NCBI GenBank assembly: GCA_026026165.1 | Contig: JAPEUD010000013.1 | Location: forward strand, 62,001 to 126,000 | DNA: 64,000 bases | Origin: Sarea resinae | Taxonomy: Eukaryota | Direction: 5' to 3' | Part shown: positions 13,051 through 22,260 of the stretch, in pieces | How the letters are laid out: the number at the start of each line of letters is the position of its first letter | Position numbering within the stretch: position 1 is the stretch's first letter | Program-made: the position numbers and the translations under genes | Notes under the pieces: generated by a model | The model's database searches: none | Told to the model about the DNA's origin: nothing | What the model saw: only the letters and a program-made list of their open reading frames with translations

Positions 13051-13908
13051 GAGCAATTCTTATTATTGTGGTGCAAGTACGTGGCTTCAACGACTTGGAC
13101 CGATGATGGGGCTCGGGCTCCCTGACTGTGGACACTGTAGGGAATTACGAATTAATCCAAGGTCGACTACGACTAGCCCTGGAGCAGCAGTAGAAAGATC
13201 CCTTGAGTTACGAATTCATCTGAGCTCGTCGTACCGGTCAGGTACCTGCCAGGTCTCGCGTCGCCGCCGAGGCCATACTCCACCGCGCACAGATCGGTCA
13301 TGAAGAGACCGATCCAATACTTCCAGCCCTTCCTCTCTTGCCCTCCTCGCTCCCCGTACTGTACGACTCCATGTCGCCCCCAACTTTAAACTCGTCCCTC
13401 TCAAATTCGGACTTCCGAATCAAGTTACTGGCGACACGAGCATGTTTCGAAATTGAGGTTTGCGACAAAGTGCGTACGACGTCAGATGGAGACATCGGAA
13501 AAAAGGGATGATCGGAATCTCTTATCCATTGTCTCGGATTCATATCGTAGATCTGCTGCCTCTTCCCTCATATCTCGTCCGAAGCAGATCTATTGCAACT
13601 GCTACTGCTATTCAGGGCTGAACACCATCGTAAGATAGTACCTCGTATTCAAAGGGAGGCCAGGACGGGCTGATATACGACATATTATACGACATATACA
13701 ACATAATCGGCGGGACACTATCTCAGCTAGTCTCTAGACTTCACACGGCACGACTGCATCTATTTAGAGTAATGAGTTTTTGTATATTGTCGATATTCAA
13801 GTCCATTATTTCGTCACCGTCATCCTTGAGTCAGATGCAAGTCTACCCGATCATGTCAGTGAAGCACTTGCGAGGTAACAACGACATGAATTTGACAAAG
13901 GGAGCAGA

Positions 13909-14158
13909 GCGCTCAGATAAGCCGGGTTTACTCAAACCCTCCTACCGGCCTCAAGTCCAAACTGCCCAAGACGGACTGACCAGACGCAAGGCTCTGAAGC
14001 CAACATGACACGCGCGCCCTTTCTCTTCCCGAAGGATTCGAAGCGGACGCAATACAACTCCACAACCTATCATCCCTAGCCGAAGCCAAGTCCGGTGCGG
14101 GAGGGTGGCTCGGCAGGAAGGACTTCGTTGAATGGATAGACTGTTGTCATCGTGGCGC
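13909..14158 (-). ncRNA. Long (about 250 nt) structured box C/D RNA, family unassigned
   Basis: A terminal GCGC/GCGC stem flanks box C variant ACGATGA (14153-14147) and box D CTGA (13916-13913). There is a long-range stem (14105-14092 with 13948-13937) and two C(UUCG)G hairpins. It lies inside the third host intron. Confidence 0.72.
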
Positions 14159-14293
14159 GGGGTTGACTCAGAGAAAGTATAGCTTACCTATTGGCGGGGA
14201 TGTGGTTTCTTTGTTCCTAGATGTAAGCTATATGGTGTCAGCCGTCGTCCAAGCAAGAGCATTGTAGAAAGCGATAGCAGAAGCCAAAGATAT

Positions 14294-14391
14294 GAACCAG
14301 GATCAGAAAATTGGTAAGATTGGTATATGGGTATCATCAATGTTGTTCAGTAGCAGAACTGATAATTATATTTTTTCATCATAAGAGGTTC
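14294..14391 (-). ncRNA. snR61: Box C/D snoRNA, snR61 family; predicted guide for 25S Am1133 (yeast numbering)
   Basis: Box C ATGATGA (14382-14376), guide CAGTTCTGCT before D' CTGA (14350-14347), C' TGATGA, box D CTGA (14306-14303) and flanking stem GAACC/GGTTC. The guide plus a downstream CTTACCAA pair with 25S UUGGUAAGCAGAACUG. Confidence 0.87.
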
Positions 14392-14532
14392 AATGGTAGT
14401 TTCGAGAGTGGAGGAAAAAGAGTCTTACCAAATGTCAATGACGATGTCAAGACGACACTGTGAAGTTCTATAGAGAGAATTAGTCTTCTGCATCGAGAAG
14501 AATAGATCGTTTCTCAGCAAGGGCAAAGTGAA

Positions 14533-14612
14533 AGGGTCAGATGGTAGTGCATGTTGTTCAATGGCTCATGGAAATCGCCAGAACTGTGTGTGATAGGTTT
14601 TCCTCATGAAGA
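14533..14612 (-). ncRNA. snR55: Box C/D snoRNA, snR55/U33 (SNORD33) family; predicted guide for 18S Um1269 (yeast numbering)
   Basis: Box C variant ATGAGGA (14607-14601) and box D CTGA (14540-14537). The preceding CATGCACTACCAT pairs with 18S GUGGUGGUGCAUG and puts the D+5 position on U. It matches the U33 3' end as I recall it. Confidence 0.85.
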
Positions 14613-14949
14613 TATGATAGTTGGAGAGAGGACAGGCAAAGGCTCCGTACTCACAGTGATGATGCATAGCACAAGGAAGGAAGGAGTTAGCAAGTAAAAA
14701 CTTGGAAGCTTATTGATGCTCTTGGAGATTGTGTAGGTGCGGTGTGTTGTGGGAGATGCTGAAGAGAAAGACGAAGGGAAAGGCGAAGAAGAAGTTACTT
14801 GGACCAGAAATTTACGAAAACTCGCTTGCGCCAACCCGCGCTTGGGGCTTGGACTTCACCACAGCCTAACGAGCTCAAGCGCCGTCGATCTAGAAATCGT
14901 CGCAGACACGACGAAGCCGCAGTGCGAAGAGAATGATTGCAGCCTCACA

Positions 14950-16076
14950 ATGACCGATCGACGGCGCATCAATGGGCCTTCTGGGGGCACGATTCCTCCA
15001 GTGTTCGCTTCTTCAATTACGGGCAGTAAGCTCCAGCATGCCGCCCGCCCAACTAGGACCAGAGGGCCTAATGACTTGAGAAAGATTTGTGAGCCTCCAG
15101 CACGAGCATTTTTCCGTTTGGGACATTGCGCTAACTTGTTATTTGTACAGTCCTGAAAACTGGCCTCGTTCCCTCGGCATCTGGCTCTGCGTACCTTGAG
15201 TTAGAACCGTCAAGCCCCAGCGACACTCTGGAGGCATCACTCATCGCTCCGCCGTCGGCGTTGAAACTTACCTGCACCGTTCATGGCCCGCGCCCACTTC
15301 CCCGCTCAGCGCCATTCTCACCACACCTTTTACTCTCGACACACGTCAAGTTTGCCCCGTTTGCTGCTCGACAGCGACGAAGCTACATCCGCGACGCAAG
15401 CGAGCGCGATCTGGGCGTCCATCTCGAAACAGCGTTGCGCGGTGTCATCCTCGGAGACCGCTGGCCGAAGAGCGGGGTGGAGGTGGTCATCACCGTGCTG
15501 GAGGGCGAAGAAGATCGCTGGTGGGGAGATGAGGTTGGTGGTGGGAGTACGGGTATTGGCAACGTTGGCGGCTGGGGCATGATGAATGTTCTCGCTGGCT
15601 GTATCACGGTTGCGTCGGCCGCCATTGCTGACGCGGGTATCGATTGTGTCGACCTAGTCTCTGGAGGGATCGCCGCCATTGTGAAAGCTCCACAGGAGCA
15701 CAATGAGGACAAGACAGGCTCAATTTCTGAGAGTCTGCAGCTCGTACTGGATCCTTGTCCTTCGGAACACCGAAGAATAGTCGGAGCTTGTGTTGTCGGG
15801 TATCTGGCCTCGCGCGACGAAATCACAGAACTATGGCTCAAAGGCGACATCCCACCGTCAAGCTACGACACGAAAGACCCGGGCCAAACGACGGTGGGCC
15901 TGGAGAAGCTGGTCGACGGCGCCGTGATTGCTGCTGGGAGATCTTGTCTGGTGCTTCGGGAAGCTCTGAAAGAAGCAGCAGAACTGAAGCTCAACCCATC
16001 TGGCGGGCCCGCTGTCAGCGACGAGAACAAAGGCCAAAGCAGCGGCCCTGATGAAGCTATGGATCTGGGCAGCTGA
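14950..16076 (+). CDS. MTR3: Exosome core subunit Mtr3 (RNase PH family); exons 14950-15088 and 15151-16076
   Basis: Begins MTDRRRINGP, then FLKTGLVPSASGSAYLE, CTVHGPRPL, VKFAPFA and RWPKSGVEV. Intron GTGAGC...GCTAAC...TACAG. Confidence 0.9.
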
Positions 16077-16566
16077 GCCATCAGCATCTTCACGCTTTCT
16101 TTGAGATGTATGCATAGCGTCGGCGTTTCTGTGGCACTTTGCTGGCGGCTGTATACGCTTCTACGCTGTGGACAAAGATTATTGAAATATGTTTTACTGA
16201 GCTTCCATATCCTTCTTTTGGTATCCGTCTTCGTGGTCCCACTTATTGTGTTTGTTCTCCGGCAGATTGTCGTCCGGACGCCTCATGCGGCAAAGAGGCC
16301 ACCTGCAGCGAAATCAAAGGGCATGCTGCAGATCTATAGAAACTCTTTCTTCCATTTCATGCAGCCAGCCTTGCTGGATTGTCCTTATCTTTTCTTGAGC
16401 TCAGTCTATAAAAGCTATATTCGAACCCCAAACCTGATAAACCTCCTACTCAGACACCCAACCAAGTCTTCTCGACAGTCACGAAAGAAGGGAGAACAGC
16501 AGCAGCAGCCGTCCAAGCCAGCCTCTTTTCCCATTGATCTTTTCTCTCATTCAAAACAGCGCCGCC

Positions 16567-18140
16567 ATGCCCTCCAAGATCCAACTCGACGAGAACCTCT
16601 GGTTCCTCTACACCTGTCTCCAGAAATCAGACTACAAATCCGTGACTTCCCCTCCCCTTCCCTTCCCTCCCCTTCCCCCATCCCACCCCTCGACCTGGAC
16701 ACACCTACTATCTCCCTCCCCCCAAGCACCGCCAAAACTGACGATTCCAAACCCCCCTAGATCGACTTCGTCGCCGTCGGCACGGCCGCAGGACTCAAGG
16801 CCCCGGCGGCGCGGATGCGCTATACGCGTCTGAGACGGGCCATCGAGAGCGGCACGTTGATCGGCACGCATGGCACCCCGTTCGGCGGGGTGGGCAATGG
16901 CAATGACAATGATAACCGCAATGGCAGCGGCAGCGGCAACGGCAGCGGCAACGGCTGTGGCACGGCCAACGGCAGTGTGAATGACGGTTTCACAGCGACG
17001 ACATCGCCGGCCGCCAGCGTCATGGCGGGAACCAGGACCAACGCGCAGAGGGCACGGGTCCGCGACGCGCGCGAAACGGCCCCCGCACCAGCATCAGCAC
17101 CGCCAGCAATAACAGGCCCAAGAACAACAAGAATAGCAACGACAACGACAACGACAACGAGTAAGAAACGCAAACTCCCGCCCTCCCTTGCAGCCAGCGC
17201 GGGCGGGAGCGCGAGCGCGAGCGCGGGCCAAGGACGCCGCCACCACGCGCGCAAGCGACGCGCCAGACATTCGCACGCTCTCCTCACCGCCGACGAGGAC
17301 GACGACGACGACGACGACGACGACGAGGCCGTCGATCTGGCGCTCGAGCAGGAGGTCGAGCTCGAGCCCATCCAGACGCGCAGCGGGAGTCGCATTTCGC
17401 GCAGTCTGGGCGATGTGGTGGGGTTTACGCGCGGGTTCTATGAGGAGAGAAATAGGGGCGGGGATACGGATGATAGTGATGATGCTGATGAAAGTGGTGA
17501 TGGGGATGGTGGGGATGACGAGGATGAGGACGATAGCGAGGCGGGCTTGGAGGCATTATTGGTCAAGGATGGGGGAAGGGTGGCGGGCATGATGGGTGCG
17601 TTCAGGGTCGCGCGCGTGGTGCCAGCGGAGACTATGGCTGTGGCTGCGGCTGGAGCTGGAGCTGGAGCTGCGGTGGGGGAAGGGGAAGGGGAGGGCGATG
17701 GTTCCATCCTCGAGGACCAAGACTCGCAGCACGAACATGCCTGCTCCTTGTCGTCGTCGTCGGCGTCGTCGTCGTCGCGCATGACTACATACACTCGACT
17801 CACATCGCCCGCCACCGTGCACATCATCGAGGATCAGCCAACAACAACGACGCCGGCCGCTGATGCTAGCGTAGCGGCCGCCCCCGCTCCCGCCGAGAAG
17901 AAGAAGAAGAAGGAGAAGAGCAAGAACGGGGCCAGCTCGTCTGTCAATTCCAGTGGGCTCTCTGAAGAAGAGCACAAAGAGGAGGAAGGGTCATCAGTCC
18001 ATGCTCGACGGGTAGATAGCACGCTCGAGCAATCTCCCTCGCACTCGGTCTCGGTCTCCCCTTGCCCTTCTATCACCGAGCACGACGACGCTGTTGCCGT
18101 CGATGTACAGAGGGGGGAAGAAGAAGATTCGTCGCGATGA
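16567..18140 (+). CDS. Protein with an N-terminal fungal Myb-like/HTH domain and a long low-complexity tail; exons 16567-16641 and 16761-18140
   Basis: The intron GTGACT...ACTGAC...CTAG joins MPSKIQLDENLWFLYTCLQKSDYKS to IDFVAVGTAAGLKAPAARMRYTRLRRAIE in frame. The tail has an NLS-like KKRK and acidic tracts. Confidence 0.75.
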
Positions 18141-19320
18141 GAAGAGGAGGAAGAGAAAGGGGCCTGATACCGGTATCCGATACCGCCAAGCCACCGCAGA
18201 AAGACTCTCATGTAGGCGCGCCCCTGGATAGCTGGATGGATGGATAGCTCTCTTTGCTCGACGTAAATAGTCACAGGAAACAGAAAACAGAAAACAGTAT
18301 TGCAATATCACGCTTATTTGATTTCTATCCCGGCTCTGATTAAAGCAACTTTTTTAAAGCCAGCCTAATCGAAGCAACCTAACCACAACTCTTTTGACTA
18401 ACTAACAATTAGAGATAAAGGGTGTGAGCTAGAAAGTGGTGAATCGGTGCAAGGGGGCCCAGGTGCAAAAGGGTAGAAATTGTAGGTAGGGACAAGAAAT
18501 TAGAAAGGGAATAAGAGAGAGAGAGGCCGCCGGGGGGGGGAGGGGAGGAGGAGGGCAGGAGGGCTAGAGTACAGGATTCACATTCTTTTAATTTTCATCT
18601 AGTCTGTACCTAGGGTGTTTTTTTTCAATCTTCTCTTACATATCCTTTAAGTCTATAATCCCCTTTTCTTCTCTTCCCTTCTCTTCTCTTCCCTTCTCTT
18701 CTCTTCCCTTCTCTTTCATTAATAAAAGTAGATATCAAAAGTCCCGATAGAGCGCTCTTATAGCTACTATATAAGAAAGCTCGTAGAAATAGAGCGTGCT
18801 ACCTACCTACCTACCTAGTTACCTACCTTAGGCACATAACCATAGCGAACCAAGCATATGTGCTTATCTTCTTTCTTTCTGTAACCAGTAGCGCGCTTTC
18901 TCCACGTAAAGCTCTGATACATACTACAGAAGAAGGATTTTTCTCATCAGACATATGTTCTCGAATCTTCGATCCCATAAGAGAGAGCTTGGAAATAGGT
19001 AGAGACTAGGGACAGGACCTACAGAGCTAGAGATGGAAAATAGAACATGGGTCTAGAAACAGAGATATGCCTCTTTCTAATATATACAATATTATGATAA
19101 AATATGATACAGGTTAACTAACACAACAGAGCAGGTGGAAATGAATCGTATTCCAATCCAATCAGAAAGTAGAAAGGAGAAAATTCAACAGAATACGGGA
19201 TTTACCATCTATTAATGCATTTTCTTCCTCTCTCGATCTGTCTGTCCCTTTCTCCCGCCCCGCCCCTATCTGTCACTTTCCATAGGATTTTATCCAGACG
19301 TTGACGTTGACGTTGACGTT

Positions 19321-19321
19321 G

Positions 19322-19358
<37 letters not shown>
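19321..19358. repeat. (CAA)n microsatellite within an SSR-rich intergenic region
   Basis: Directly visible. Confidence 0.95.
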
Positions 19359-19982
19359 CGACCCCCCCCCCTCCTCCTCCTCCTCCACCACCTCCTCATA
19401 ACACCCGTACAGTCTCGTCTCTCTCTACTTGATTCCCACTTCACCTGGTCAGGTAGACTAAGGAAGCAAGTATCCTGATAGGTAAATATCTCGATATCTC
19501 GATAGATAGCTAGAGAGCTAGATACCTATAGCCGGGAGACAAAGTAGGTAGATACCTTAGGTATCTATCTATAGTAGTAGTAGTGGGGGTGGCCAGAAGT
19601 TTCACAACACCTCCACAATCCCCTGGGCTTAGTGAGGTTAAGAATATCGATACTTGTGACCAGGGACTGTAGATGGATAGATGGATAGGTAGATAGATGG
19701 TAAGAACTAGCTAGCTAGGTACCGAGAGAAAGAACAGAACAGAAATAGTATGATACAAAATAGAAAAATTATTTCTTCTTTTTGGGGAAACAATAGTCCG
19801 AATATGCAAAATAGCTGATCCCAGCTCCGCCCGCCTCTCTGAGCTGCTATCGAGACCAGACTGTAGGACTTGGCGCCTTCCCTTCTCTCCTCCCTCCTCC
19901 AATCTCTTACTGACTCATCTCACAGTCCCACAGTCCCAGTCCCAGTCCCAGTCTTGAAGCCCATCCCATCCTTACACTCCAT

Positions 19983-22260
19983 CTAATCCGACGGCAGCCG
20001 ACCAAGCCATCTCCACGTCTTCAGGCCGTTCTCAATGTCACCAACAAAGGTGCCGTTGACACCGGGAGCGACCAGGACGCCGTCTCCGGCCGGGATACCC
20101 GCATTCTGCATGGCGACGACGCCAGAGCCGAGGAAGCCGACCGTCTTGCCGTAGCTGTAGGCGGCGCGCACGATATCCAGCGGGCGGCCCGGCGGGTACA
20201 GGGACGAGTAGGCGAGCGGCGAGAACAGAGAGTCGGCGCCCGAGGTGACGACCAGGGCGTCGTAGAGCACGGCGTCCGTGGCCGTGTAGACGGATTGGTT
20301 GACGGTCGTCGACACGTTGCCCTTGCTGTTGACGGTAGCGTTCGACGGCGCCAGGATCGTCTCCGTGATGATGGTCGGCACAATGCCCAACGCGGCCAGC
20401 TGCGTGGCCAGCGTGTTGGCTTGCGGCAGAGACGTGCCATTGGCCGTGGTGGCGAGGATGGCGACAGTGAGACCGGCGACGGTTGGCAGCGGCGTGCCAA
20501 AGGTGGCGACGTCGGCGGTCGTGTTGTCATGATAATAAGTGCTGTTCGGCGCAGGCGGCGTGATGCCGACGGCGGGACCGACACGGGCCGCAAGCTCGTG
20601 AGCGATCTTGTTGAGCTGGCCGATGACGTTGGACCGCACGGCCATGGACTGCACGCCGGAGAGCTCGAATCGGATGGCGTTGACGACCATCTGCTGCTCG
20701 GCGGGAGTGATCGAGTTCCAGAACAGACGGGGTTGGGTCCAGTAGTCCAAAAAGGTCGGCGACACGTTGCGGACATAGTGGCCGTCGACAGTGCGCTTGG
20801 GGGCGGTGAAGAACCCGCGGCCGTTGAATTGGTCGGCCTGTTTCGGGTTGCCCTCGTTGAGCGTGTTGGTGCTGTACGCATTGTTGTTGGTTGGGATGTA
20901 CATCTGAGCGGCGCCATCGCGGTTGTTGTTGTGGATCGGGACGCGAGGCCGGTTGACCGGCAGCTGCTCAAAGTTGGGGCCGCCGTGGCGGTTCAGTTGG
21001 GTATCCAGGTACGAAAAGAGACGGCCTTGCAGAAGAGGGTCGTCGGAGAAATCGATACCGCGGACGACGTGCGACGGGCAGAACATGGCTTGCTCAACCT
21101 CGGCGAAGTAGTTGGTCGGGTTGCGGTTCAGCGTGTACTTTCCGAGCGGCGTAATCGGCACGTATTCCTCGGGCACGATCTTGGTGGGATCAAGCAGGTC
21201 GAAACCGTACTTGAGCACATCCTCCTCCTCCATGATCTGCACGCCGACCTCCCACGAGGGGAAATTGCCATTGGCGATGTTGTTCCAGAGGTCCTCGCGA
21301 TGGAAATCCGCATTCTTTCCGGCGAGGACTTGCGCCTCGGGCCAGAGAAGACCGGCAACACCTTGCTGACTCTTGAAGTGCCACTTGATGAGCTTGGAGT
21401 TTCCGTTGGCATCGACAAGTCTGAACGTGTGGATACCAAAGCCATCAACGTGGCGGAAGGAACGCGGGATACCATGGCCGGACATGGCCCTAAACGATCA
21501 GCGTGGACTACCTATTGAATCCAGAAAAAAACTTACCACAAGACGGTGTGCAATGCCGAAGGGTTCTGCGAGAAGAAGTCCCAGGCGCTGTCATGCGCCG
21601 TGGCGGCTTGGGGAATCTCCCGGTCAGGACTCGGCTTCACCGCGTGGATCAAATCCGGGAATTGAATGGCGTCTTGGATGAAAAAGATGGGAATGTTGTT
21701 GCCCACGACATCTGAGAAATCGTTAGCTTGCCATTGATACGCAAAGACGGGTCGGACGTACCAAAGTTTCCCTCATCCGTATAGAATCGCAGACTGTAGC
21801 CGTGCACATCTCGCACGGTATCGGCACTGCCTCGCGACCCAGCAACAGTCGAAAAGCGAAGGAGGACATCCGTCTCCTTGCCCTCATAAGCCAGGAAGCT
21901 GGCGTCCGTGATATTGCTCCAATTGCCGTAACTCGTAAAGGTGCCAAAGGCGGCGGCACCTCTGGCGTGGACGGCGCGCTCCGGTACGCGTTCGTGATCG
22001 AATCGAGTAATCTTCTGGCGGAAGATGAAGTCCTCCAGCAGACTTGGTCCTCGATCACCGACGGACAAGGTATTCTGCTCGGCAATGGGCGTGCCGCTGT
22101 CGGTGGTCATATACGCATCGCTGTCGTCCAGTTCGAATTGCGACAGGAACTCCTCATTGTCACGCTTGACGAGGGTCTCGGCGCGGTCGAAGTATGGGCA
22201 TCCAGCTGAAGCCAAGCCCGCCAGGGCGAGGGAGCCGTAAAGGAACGAGTGGAGATGCAT
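19983..22260 (-). CDS. Secreted large-subunit monofunctional catalase (CatB/CAT-3 type), 726 aa; exons 22260-21762, 21711-21537, 21489-19983
   Basis: Signal-peptide-like [23 protein letters not shown]. Contains [15 protein letters not shown] (distal His), [13 protein letters not shown] (proximal Tyr) and a C-terminal DJ-1/flavodoxin-like domain. Two GT-AG introns. Confidence 0.95.

Larger units (their letters stand above)
13700..14800 (-). ncRNA. Non-coding snoRNA host transcript with three snoRNA-bearing introns (14654-14468, 14428-14228, 14187-13843); outer ends approximate
   Basis: Minus-strand donors GTGAGT, GTAAGA and GTAAGC; branch sites GACTAAT, GCTGAC and ACTGAC, each followed by a TAG acceptor. 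The internal exons are about 40 nt. The ATG at the end of exon 1 reads ATG CAT CAT CAC TAA after splicing. Confidence 0.82.

Noticed and set aside
14449..14480. Plus-strand resemblance to the 5' end of U3 snoRNA (GACGACACT...TTCTATAG)
   Set aside because: Box A and boxes B/C are not present. The sequence is explained as the minus-strand acceptor and exon 2 of the snoRNA host.
20295..21518. 407-aa ORF antisense to the catalase
   Set aside because: Shadow ORF expected from the strong GC3 bias of the catalase CDS; no recognisable motifs.
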